Shown: one piece after another, positions 1 through 8,800 of the stretch
Numbering within the stretch: the stretch's first letter is position 1
How the letters are laid out: every line of letters starts with the position of its first letter
From: Candidatus Woesearchaeota archaeon
Lineage (GTDB): Archaea > Nanobdellota > Nanobdellia > Woesearchaeales > UBA525
Length of the DNA stretch: 64,000 bases
Assembly: GCA_028818155.1 (NCBI GenBank)
Contig: JAPPOH010000005.1
Location: forward strand, 29,943 to 93,942
Reading direction: 5' to 3'
Translations under genes and position numbers: made by a program
Notes under the pieces: generated by a model
Database searches by the model: none
Seen by the model: the letters and a program-made list of their open reading frames with translations, nothing else
What the model was told of the DNA's origin: nothing

Positions 1-276
1 GAGCACGCGTGCGATGCTTGTTGCGTTCTCGAGCTCTTTTCGCTGTCTGAGGATGGCGTTAATTGCTCTGTATCTCTTGCTAAAATGCTTGACAAAATCT
101 TGCACCGTGTATTTTTTTGGTGCTTTCGTGTAGTTTTCAAGAATTTCTACTGTTCTTCGGGATTGTAGGAGAGCGAGGATTCGTTCTTTGTCGTTGAGTG
201 CTTCTGGCGGGACGAGAATATCTCGTTCAATGCACTTACTGACGAGTTGCTCTGTGGAGAGTTGTTCGTATGCCAT
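1..276 (-). CDS. partial CDS (5' part only, runs off left edge); N-terminal region resembling DNA polymerase II (PolD) small subunit DP1
   Basis: Manual reverse-strand translation from the ATG at 276..274 gives MAYEQLSTEQLVSKCIERDILVPPEALNDKERILALLQSRRTVEILENYTKAPKKYTVQDFVKHFSKRYRAINAILRQRKELENATSIARVL, open to position 1. It lies 30 nt downstream of orc1 on the same strand, the classic euryarchaeal oriC-orc1-polD arrangement. The DP1 assignment rests on recalled N-terminal motifs and is not verified. Confidence 0.4.
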   Translation of the reverse strand, partial: MAYEQLSTEQLVSKCIERDILVPPEALNDKERILALLQSRRTVEILENYTKAPKKYTVQDFVKHFSKRYRAINAILRQRKELENATSIARVL

Positions 277-305
277 TGCTTTTCCCTACTGATTGGTGTT
301 TCGGG

Positions 306-1598
306 CTAGTGGAACGCTTCGAGGCGTTCCTGTGCTGCTGCTTCGTTCGAAAAGACTGTGTTTGTCATGCCGAGTTCTGCTGCAACGATTTGTTTGACTT
401 TCGGGACGAGTCCTTCTGGCAGGCCGAGTGTGATCTCCCGCATTCTGCCGAATCGTCCCTTGCTAATAACTTTCGCGTTAATGATGCCGAGCATGTCCAT
501 CTCGGCGATTATATCTGAAATTCTTCGTTGTGTGAGTGTTCGCTGTCCTGTGTGTTGACAGACGCTCTTGTAGACTTCGAAGACATCGCCTGTGAAGACG
601 TTATCTCGCTTTTCGCATAAGAGTAACATTGCGTGAAGTGTTGCGTGAAATTGTTTTGGTTGTGTTTTGATAACATCGAGGATTCTGTCCCTGTCAATTT
701 TTTCTTCTGCGATGTCAATGTGTTGCACGGTGATGCGCTGGCTGCTCGCTCGCTCGGCGAGTTCACCTGCAACTCTCAGTAATTCCAGTGCTCTTCTTGC
801 GTCACCGTGTTCTCTCGCAGCGTATGCTGCGCATTTTGCGACGACGCCATCTGTTAGCGCAGTATTTTCGAATGCGTTCTGCGCTCTGTGTTCGAGAATT
901 TTTTGTAGTTGCGTTGCGTTGTATGGTGGAAACACAATCTCTTCTTCAGATAATGATGATTTCACTCTCGGGTCGAGCGTATTGCTGAAGATGAGATCGT
1001 TGCTAATACCGATAATACAGAGTTGTGCGTTCTTCAAATCTTGGTTGATCCTTGTGAGGTTGTAAATGATTTCATCGCCAACTTTTTTCACGAGTTGATC
1101 TATTTCATCAAGCACGAGGACGACGATTTGTCGCTGCTCGTCAACTGCGCGGAAGAAAATATTGTAGATTTCATCTGTTGGGAGTCCTGTGGAGGGGACT
1201 GCTTTCCCAAACATTCTTGCAAGCTCTGCGATGATCCTATACTCTGTGTCTGCGATTTTCTTTAATTTACAGTTTACATAGCATGTTTTGAGCGGGATAC
1301 CATTCTCTTCTGCTACTGATTCCATGCTTGTGAGGGTGTGCTTTACCGTCACTGTCTTACCAGAACCTGTTTTTCCGTAAATGAAGAGGTTGCTTGGGCG
1401 CTCTAAACGAAGCCCCGGAGCAAGGATTTTCGCGATGATGTTAATTTGTTCGTCTCTGTGCTGCAAGTCTGCTGGCATGTATGTGCTTTGTAGGACTGTT
1501 TTGTCTGTGAAAAGTGAGTCTGCTTTGATGTATTCTCTGAAAAATGTCGCTACTCCTTCTGTCATGCAATTCCCCCAACCCTCTACGGTCTGTTCCAA
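306..1598 (-). CDS. orc1: Orc1/Cdc6 replication initiator (AAA+ ATPase with C-terminal winged helix)
   Basis: The 430-aa ORF has Walker A GKTGSGKT and Walker B VLVLDEID, the sensor/ISN region and a C-terminal wHTH. The tool start is TTG at 1598; the first in-frame ATG is at 1565. Confidence 0.95.
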   Translation of the reverse strand: MEQTVEGWGNCMTEGVATFFREYIKADSLFTDKTVLQSTYMPADLQHRDEQINIIAKILAPGLRLERPSNLFIYGKTGSGKTVTVKHTLTSMESVAEENGIPLKTCYVNCKLKKIADTEYRIIAELARMFGKAVPSTGLPTDEIYNIFFRAVDEQRQIVVLVLDEIDQLVKKVGDEIIYNLTRINQDLKNAQLCIIGISNDLIFSNTLDPRVKSSLSEEEIVFPPYNATQLQKILEHRAQNAFENTALTDGVVAKCAAYAAREHGDARRALELLRVAGELAERASSQRITVQHIDIAEEKIDRDRILDVIKTQPKQFHATLHAMLLLCEKRDNVFTGDVFEVYKSVCQHTGQRTLTQRRISDIIAEMDMLGIINAKVISKGRFGRMREITLGLPEGLVPKVKQIVAAELGMTNTVFSNEAAAQERLEAFH

Positions 1599-1743
1599 GC
1601 GAAATGAAGGTCATTTATAAGTTCCATTGTACGCGAATGTGTATATTCGAGGATAGATGTTTCGAATTTCTGTGTTTGAGAAGCTACCCCTCCCCTTTGT
1701 TTCCTGTGGAAGTGTGTGCTTTCTGTCCCGTTCCTGTTTTTGT

Positions 1744-1767
1744 GTTCGAATCCCGGCGGGGGCATTT
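1744..1767 (+). other. tRNA 3'-end-like fragment (T-loop + T-stem 3' + acceptor 3' + discriminator) with no 5' partner; alternatively a G-string origin element
   Basis: TTCGAAT-CCCGG-CGGGGGC-A matches the canonical tRNA 3' end. The preceding bases TTTGTG cannot form the T-stem, and no GCCCCCG acceptor 5' strand lies upstream. Confidence 0.3.
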
Positions 1768-1799
1768 GCATTTTTTTGTGCTTTTTTTCCTTCCATATA

Positions 1800-1860
1800 T
1801 TATATTATAACTTTCTATATAGAAAAGAAAGAAGAAAGAAAGATGTGAGAGAAAAGAGAG
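1800..1860 (-). terminator. pyrimidine/T-rich tract (on minus strand) downstream of the giant-gene block; possible archaeal oligo-T terminator, also part of the origin AT-rich region
   Basis: The minus strand reads CTCTTTTCTCTCACATCTTTCTTTCTTCTTTCTTTTCTATAT immediately after the stop of the 575-aa gene. Confidence 0.3.
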
Positions 1861-1921
1861 GACGAGAAAACGCTTTGAAACATGTTGCAGAAGAAATGAG
1901 GGGGTGCGGATTCCAAAAGAA

Positions 1922-3649
1922 CTAACTCAACTCAGCGTGAAACACAATAGTTCCATTACAAACCCCAATATCGCTCACGTTCAGAGGAATCTGAACCTGC
2001 CAGTACGATGTGTTCATGGAAGGAGAGCCAAGCACCGTCTGCTTCGGTATAGAGAGGCGCAACTGCTGCAACGAACCAGACAACGCTTCCTTCTCAGAAT
2101 ACCCTGCAGTGATGTTCACAGCAAACCGCATGTGCTCAACAGAAACATTATCTGTCGCACACGAAAACGCATTGTTATCACCCAAACTACCACCATACCC
2201 GTACACAGTCACATTAATCTGCTGATTTCCAATATTTGAGACGTTCTGAGAAATATTCGCACTAATATCATTCCCTGAAAGATCGCCAAAGTTCATCAAC
2301 GTATCCGTCACATTCAACGCGTACAATGGATCAACGACAGCAGTATCAACAGCGGTTGCATTCAGCCCCTCCACATCATATGCAGTCACGTTACAGAGCC
2401 ACGTTCCATTCAGCGCAAAATATTGCACGTCAAATGTGCACGTGAAGTTCTTTTCATTACCAAAAGCAGCAACTTCCGAGCACGTACTGTTCGTATAGTG
2501 ATCATTTGCATCGTCTGGTGCACCAGGCGCAACACTATCGATGTGAAAAATCGAGCTCGCATTCACAATATTCGCCTCGCCATCAAGGTCAACAACAGAC
2601 GCGTTGCACTCGACAGTACGAACAGAACCAGCAGTTAAGACAATCGCACTCTCAACAGACACGTTCGGCTCAGGGTAATAGACCTCAAGTGTCAAGTTAA
2701 ACGTCAGAGAGGCACCTTCATTCCCTGATGTGTCTGTGCAGTTCACACTCCAATTATATGCGCCGTTTGACAACACAGTGGTGAAGTTTTGCACCACCCC
2801 CTTCGTCACAGAACTGCTCGTGAGGTTTACAGCTCCATTCAAGAGCAAGCTACAATTCCCAATGGAGGAAAAATCGGTCACGTTATACGTAAAGTTCACA
2901 AGATTACTCGTTTTGTTCAACGTGTTGTTTGCGGGCGCAACAAGCGTGACAACAGGCACCTCTTCATCAACAATCGTAATATTCTCTAACATATCCATAG
3001 TTTGCGCCTCAAGAATCGGACCTTCATTCTCACAAATACTGGTTGCAGTAATAGAAGAATACCCTAACACATACCCAAGCAGCGTGAAGTTCACAAGAAA
3101 ATTATCCCCACGAGTCAGCGTTGGAAACGCCCTCGTAAGGTTTCCTGCAGTTTCATTCAACACAGTGCCATTACCGAACGAAATCGAGACATTGCATGAG
3201 CCATCTGCGCCAAGCAGTGTCGCATTCACTGTTAAATTAAATTCCTGCGACCCATTGTAGCTCGTATTATCCAAAGGAGCAATAATACTAATGTTTAGCT
3301 CAGGATTCCTCGTCAGGTTAAGTGTGATGTTTATCTCAGTCGTGGAAGCGAGCGTTGCGTTCGTTAACCCATAGTGCGTCTCATTCCACGAGTACGCAGC
3401 CACAGCATCGCCGTCCGTCCCTGAAATCGTTGCGGAGTACGCACCACGGAATTGCGGCACAGGGGGAGCATTCACTGTCGTTTGAACAAACGTATTCTCG
3501 GTTGTGTCGTTCAGAAGGACAGGGAACCCATTCGCAACACCAGAGCCATTTGCATGGAAGACATATCCTTTGATATTGTGTGGTGTAGGAGGCGCAACGA
3601 CAGTCACACTCAAGAGAACAACCAAGAGAAAGAAGATCACCCGCTTCAT
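1922..3649 (-). CDS. secreted, heavily N-glycosylation-sequon-rich protein (575 aa) with signal peptide and transthyretin/CarboxypepD_reg-like N-terminal domain; last gene of the giant surface-protein block
   Basis: N-terminus MKRVIFFLLVVLLSVTVVAPP is a signal peptide. There are dozens of N-x-S/T sequons. Its start overlaps the upstream gene's stop (3646-3649). Confidence 0.8.
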   Translation of the reverse strand: MKRVIFFLLVVLLSVTVVAPPTPHNIKGYVFHANGSGVANGFPVLLNDTTENTFVQTTVNAPPVPQFRGAYSATISGTDGDAVAAYSWNETHYGLTNATLASTTEINITLNLTRNPELNISIIAPLDNTSYNGSQEFNLTVNATLLGADGSCNVSISFGNGTVLNETAGNLTRAFPTLTRGDNFLVNFTLLGYVLGYSSITATSICENEGPILEAQTMDMLENITIVDEEVPVVTLVAPANNTLNKTSNLVNFTYNVTDFSSIGNCSLLLNGAVNLTSSSVTKGVVQNFTTVLSNGAYNWSVNCTDTSGNEGASLTFNLTLEVYYPEPNVSVESAIVLTAGSVRTVECNASVVDLDGEANIVNASSIFHIDSVAPGAPDDANDHYTNSTCSEVAAFGNEKNFTCTFDVQYFALNGTWLCNVTAYDVEGLNATAVDTAVVDPLYALNVTDTLMNFGDLSGNDISANISQNVSNIGNQQINVTVYGYGGSLGDNNAFSCATDNVSVEHMRFAVNITAGYSEKEALSGSLQQLRLSIPKQTVLGSPSMNTSYWQVQIPLNVSDIGVCNGTIVFHAELS

Positions 3650-5874
3650 TGTATCCTCCTCCGCACGAACCGGACAGCCAGCGCAATAGTAATTATCAGC
3701 ACAAGCACCAATTCTATCGTTGTAGCCGTTCCTTCACCACCAACTACTTGCCCAGTAATCCCGAGCAAACCCCCTTTCACATGGAGTTCCACAGTCACAA
3801 GCGAGCTGTCAGCGACAAACTCAGTTGCACCAGAACGAAGCAAACCAGGAACAGCAACGGAGAATGCGTGCCCTTTCACATCATGCACGACAAACTCAAA
3901 TACATCACGTAAAGCCCCGCGCCCCGTTCTCGTCCGATACTGCTCACCAGTCTCAAGATCGGTGAGCACAATCGGCAAGTTTGCTCGCCCTCCAATTACC
4001 TTTCCTATGATCGTTACAGGTTCGGGCACAGCAATCACCGTCGGCTCTTGTGCTTTCGGCAGCGCATCTGCAGCAATAGCAAACAACCCAAGACCTCTGA
4101 CTGAAGAAACGAGTGTCGTTCCTTCAAGAGCAGTTCGTTGTACACGCCATTTTCCATCGTATCTGTACAAGGCAACATCTTCAATTGTAATATCGTGCTC
4201 CGCAAGCCACGACTGAGGCACACGGAAGGTGACCTCTGCCTTCTCAAGCCCTTCTATCGTACCATCTAACAACAAATGAAAGTACCCGTACACAAGCTGC
4301 TCCATCGGTTCATCAACGTCCACACGCGCCAAACGGATATCATCAGGAATAGTGTTTGCTCGCACAAAGAGCGCCTGAATGAACTCATTGAAACGGTATG
4401 TTCGCTCAAAGAGTCGTTCTTCTTCTGGCGGCAGAAACTCCTCAAAGTACTCGAGAATGCCACCACCGCCACCACTTTGTACAAATTTCTTGAATGAAAC
4501 AAGCTCAGCGGCAACAGTTTGCGTGACATTCACCGTACCATCACTCACAGCAACAATGAATGAAAATTCTTGTAGCACTGCAGGCTGATAGCGTATGAAC
4601 CCCGTCTCAGAAATGGTGAGTCCTGCTGGTCCGCTCACGAGAGCCATAGTAAGAGCATCCCCATCAGGATCTACAGGCAAGAATTGATAGAGGGCTACCT
4701 GCTCTAGGACAGGCATCTCAACACGAACGGGGACGATAGGCGGATCATTTACATTCTGCACGTGCAGCGCGTACTGTTGAGTCGCTACGAGAACACCATC
4801 GGAGACATTCACTGTGATGTTGTGCACACCCACAGCACCATTTTCAGGCACCCAAACAACAGTATCGCCAACCACATGCATGCCCGTTGGCCCAGAAACA
4901 GAAACAGTCAACGGATCGTCATCATAATCGATGGCAGCGATCGTGTACGCATACTCCACATCTTCTGTCGCGTTCACAGGAGGGGTGCTCAGAATAATAG
5001 GCATATCTGGTATGTTCTGCACCGTAAGCAAGAATGTTTGCGATGTTTCCAGCACACCATCACTCAAAGTCACATTCACTACATGCTCTCCAACATCATA
5101 TGGTCCGGGCGTCCATGATAGGAGTGAGTCAACAAGCGTCATGTTTGTAGGACCAGTGAATGAGATAGAGATTGGATCACCATCCAGATCCTCAGCCACA
5201 AGCGAATACGTCCATTCCACGTCCTGATCAACTGTCGTAGTAGGGATTGAGAGGAAGGTTGGCGCGTCATTCACATTCTGTACAGTGATCGTGAACGATT
5301 GTGTTGTCGATAAATTCCCATCCGTCGCTATATACGTAACAGCATGTGTCCCAACTTGGTGTGCAGTTGGCCGCCAAGCAATAACCCCCGTCGTCATATT
5401 AACAGTCATGCCTGTAGGACCAGCAAGCAACCCATGCTGTATGGGCTGTCCGTTCCATTCGTACGTGTCCACATAATATGCGTACTGCTGATCTTGCACG
5501 GCGTCTACATTCGGCGTGGAAAGAATCACAGGAGGCAAATCAGGCAACGTCATATTCAAGAAAAGATCAACATCATGATGAATACCTGTGAGAACAACAT
5601 CTCTTGAGCTACTATGCACGGGATTCGATGCAGTAATCCTGACAGTATGCCCATTATTCCACGATAACGCAACAGAATATCTCCCAGGACCACGATCCGC
5701 ATACACAGCAAGCACAGCACTCGTATTGAGATCTTCAAACACCACAGTCACGGCACGTGGCACAGGAGTAATCCCGTCCAAAGCATAGATATGACCATCA
5801 ATACCACGAGGAGGCTCTACTGCAGCCACGGACGTCAGCGCGAGCAACGCTACCAAAAGAACGAGCCGTTTCAT
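3646..5874 (-). CDS. cell-surface protein (742 aa): signal peptide, CarboxypepD_reg-like domain, three cadherin-like repeats with VNDAP/VNDPP motifs, C-terminal TM anchor with basic tail
   Basis: Signal peptide MKRLVLLVALLALTSVAAV. Repeats QNVNDAPTF...DLDGDPISISF, QNIPDMPII...DYDDDPLTVSV and QNVNDPPIV...DPDGDALTM. C-terminus TTIELVLVLIITIALAVRFVRRRIQ. Start and stop overlap with both neighbours. Confidence 0.85.
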   Translation of the reverse strand: MKRLVLLVALLALTSVAAVEPPRGIDGHIYALDGITPVPRAVTVVFEDLNTSAVLAVYADRGPGRYSVALSWNNGHTVRITASNPVHSSSRDVVLTGIHHDVDLFLNMTLPDLPPVILSTPNVDAVQDQQYAYYVDTYEWNGQPIQHGLLAGPTGMTVNMTTGVIAWRPTAHQVGTHAVTYIATDGNLSTTQSFTITVQNVNDAPTFLSIPTTTVDQDVEWTYSLVAEDLDGDPISISFTGPTNMTLVDSLLSWTPGPYDVGEHVVNVTLSDGVLETSQTFLLTVQNIPDMPIILSTPPVNATEDVEYAYTIAAIDYDDDPLTVSVSGPTGMHVVGDTVVWVPENGAVGVHNITVNVSDGVLVATQQYALHVQNVNDPPIVPVRVEMPVLEQVALYQFLPVDPDGDALTMALVSGPAGLTISETGFIRYQPAVLQEFSFIVAVSDGTVNVTQTVAAELVSFKKFVQSGGGGGILEYFEEFLPPEEERLFERTYRFNEFIQALFVRANTIPDDIRLARVDVDEPMEQLVYGYFHLLLDGTIEGLEKAEVTFRVPQSWLAEHDITIEDVALYRYDGKWRVQRTALEGTTLVSSVRGLGLFAIAADALPKAQEPTVIAVPEPVTIIGKVIGGRANLPIVLTDLETGEQYRTRTGRGALRDVFEFVVHDVKGHAFSVAVPGLLRSGATEFVADSSLVTVELHVKGGLLGITGQVVGGEGTATTIELVLVLIITIALAVRFVRRRIQ

Positions 5875-8800
5875 GTGAGCGGATCTGCTGTCCAGTTCAC
5901 CTCCTTCGTCGTGTCAAACACATATCCTCTCGTTGGATCAAGCGTCGTGAAATCAGGATTGTTCGCTGAAGGGAACCAACCCCATGGCACACCACCAATA
6001 TTGAAGTGAATCGTGACCTCAAACACATTCGTGTCTGAGTTAAAGCGGTCAATCGCCTGAATAGTATTATTTTCTGAAAGTACAAGCAGTGGCGGATCTG
6101 AATTCGTTGGAAGCGTCTGGTTCAGAACAGTGTGCCAGCTCATGAAGTTCAGACCACTCACTAAGCCAACACGTGTTGTTGTAACAGGCACAACACCAAA
6201 GAACGTATTATTGCATGTTGTGTTCGACTCAAACCAGTAGCTTGCAGTCATGTTCAGACTCGTGAAACCTTCCGATCCAGACGCCGGCGTGAAAACAGAC
6301 CCATTCCAATCTGTTCGCTCATAATCGGTGCTATTATAGCGCCATAGCGAAATCGCACATGCAGGCTCCGTCGAGAATGAGAAGCCGATATTCGTTGTAT
6401 TCTGGAGATCGAACCGTTCAGGAATGAGTGGGAAACTCACGAGACTCAAGTTCAAAGGAAGAACGGTCGTGTACTTCCCTCCTGCTTGCGTTCGCAGCGC
6501 AGTTACAGTGCTTCTAGCAGACTCCACCCAGTAGTACATCTGATCTGAAGACGTGGTGTGCGTATAATTCGTATCTGTAATGCCCGTCACGTTTGGCGTG
6601 CTAGGCCTGTCGCTGTAGTTCGACTGAATATACAGATTGTATGAATCAGCACCTAGAACAGCGCTCCAGTTTATCACAACATCTGTACTATTCCCGTACG
6701 TCGTGAGATTCACAGGAGATATCAAGTGGAAGAACTCGAAGAGTTCAGACGCGCCACTATTCCCCGCTTCATCAACACATGCGACGCTCCAATTCGCTAC
6801 ACCTTCTGTTGCAAGGGAAACATTCCGTATCGTCTCATTCCCTTCTGTGATGTTGATGCTTGTCTCATTCACAACACCATTGATCGTCAACGAACAGTTG
6901 AGGAAGTTCGCAAGGTTATCAGTCACTGTCCAGTTGAAGAGTACGGGACTCGAGGCGTTTGTGTCATTGCCTGGCGCATTGAGCGTTATTACTGGCACTG
7001 ACGCATCCACCCGAACAGTGTAGTTGAAGCTTGCAAAGGCAACATTGCTGAACGTGTCATTACACTCGATGTTCCAGAGAACATGACCGCTTGTAAATGA
7101 CGTATTAATTGTGTTATTTGCCTGATGTACAGGCGAACTATCACTCACATTTGCTGTCCAGCCGGATTCGTTGTGATACAAAGTGCAGGAATCGATGTTA
7201 ATATCATCAACGTAGTACGTAAACACAACAGCACTCCCGTTCCATGAATTATTTAGTGGGAGCTCTAGTGTTATATTCGGTGCAATCGTGTCAGGAACGA
7301 GTTCAAAGAATGTCGAGCCATTCCCATTATCAAGACCATCTCGCTCGCCAAGCGTTACTACGGAGTAATTTCCAAGCGGTTGCTGGAATGTCGCGTACGA
7401 AGTGATGGCTTCACCGAAAATATTCGTTTCATTCTCTGTTACTTGCTTCAAAATGTGTGTTGCCCCCGTTGCTGCTGTTGGCTCGTTCGACATATACATC
7501 CGAACACGAACATCATCTGTGTAGAACTCATTTCCACCGAAAATCTGGAATCGATCGAGAACAACAGAGTCGAATCCAGTATCAGTTCCACTGACGCTCG
7601 TGATGTACTCTCCTGTGTTATTGTACGCCGAGAAATTCATAAACGATGCGTTCTTCGTCATTACCCAAATATACCATGTGTTCGGTGCAAGCTGCACGCT
7701 ACTACCTGTAAGAACAGTATTCCCAACATAGCTGTTTCGATCTTCAATAATGTGCCCGGACGCAGTATCGAAGTCATCAAACCGAGGTCCATATCCATCT
7801 CCGTTCCCATCAACAATTCCATACCTGTTCGATGCTCCACCATTCTCATTAATCCTATTCGTTCTGAATCGTAGCTCATAATCGACAAGTGACTCTCGAA
7901 GCAACTTATATCCTCCGCCAGGGTCGCTGTTGAATGCCTTCCATGCAACATAATTGCCTCCTCCTTCATCGACAACCGCGATTCCTGTTGTCGTATGGTT
8001 CACCCATCCCTGTAGATCACCAGTTTGCATATCATCAAAGAGCATGAAAACATTGCTCGTGTTTTCTGGTGGATCTCCAGGAGTCATGTTCCCATAGTAG
8101 AGGAAGTAATGATCATCAAATTCACCTGCAGGAATGTCTTGTTGGAGAGTAAACCACAGTTCAGTATCGCTTGTGTTGAACGGACTTGCATTGTAACGGT
8201 CAATCTCTACTAGCGTAGCATTCGTGTCGTGATAATAGACAATACGTATATCAGATCCATTCGCAAGCATCAGAGGGTCACTCGTATTGACGGAGAGTTG
8301 AATGCTGTAGTTCTGCTCCACAATATGATCCGCATCGGTGTTCGTGATGTTAATGAGTTGTCTATGTGTATAGCTTTCATTCCACCAAGGAATGTCAGTG
8401 ACACTTGTGTTTGTATAGATGATGGCGGTTGTCGCGTTCGCTTGAATGGAATTGGCAAAGAGGTCTTTCGTAGAAATATTGATTTGCGCAACCTCTCCCT
8501 GCTCGTACGTAGAAGCTGTTGCTATTGTGACATTCAAATACGTGGTATCAAACACATTAAAACTGTGAAGAGCACTCGTCCCATTGTTTGATGTGTCATA
8601 GCATATAACTTGCCACGTGTAGTTTCCATCTTCCATTGAGAGTGCGAATGTTTCCGTTGTGTTCACTGTGATTGTCGTATCCGTCTGGTTCACAGTACCA
8701 TTAATCAGCAAGTCACAGCTAACAATCGCGCTCGTATCCGTCACGTTGTAGCTAAATACAACGCCAGAGGTACCCACAGTCGTGTCGTTCTGCGGAGATA

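Larger units (their letters stand above)
1590..1900. other. candidate oriC: ORB-like elements plus an AT/purine-rich unwinding tract between orc1 and the giant-gene block
   Basis: Minus-strand 1712..1686 reads TTCCACAGGAAAC-AAA-GGGGAGGGG, a near-consensus ORB (dyad plus G-string). Plus-strand 1593..1611 reads TTCCAAGCGAAATGAAGG, which is mini-ORB-like. Degenerate copies occur at 1621-1640 and 1660-1680. An AT-rich tract at 1790-1860 follows, and orc1 is immediately adjacent. Confidence 0.5.

Noticed and set aside
270-1265. Plus-strand ORFs 270..518, 358..558, 667..1065 and 1023..1265 overlapping orc1.
   Set aside because: They lie antisense within a high-confidence Orc1/Cdc6 gene and have no features of their own.
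1693-1767. A possible intact tRNA gene ending at the TTCGAATCCCGGCGGGGGCA motif.
   Set aside because: No complementary acceptor 5' strand (GCCCCCG) or T-stem 5' strand lies upstream on either strand. Only the 3' fragment exists.
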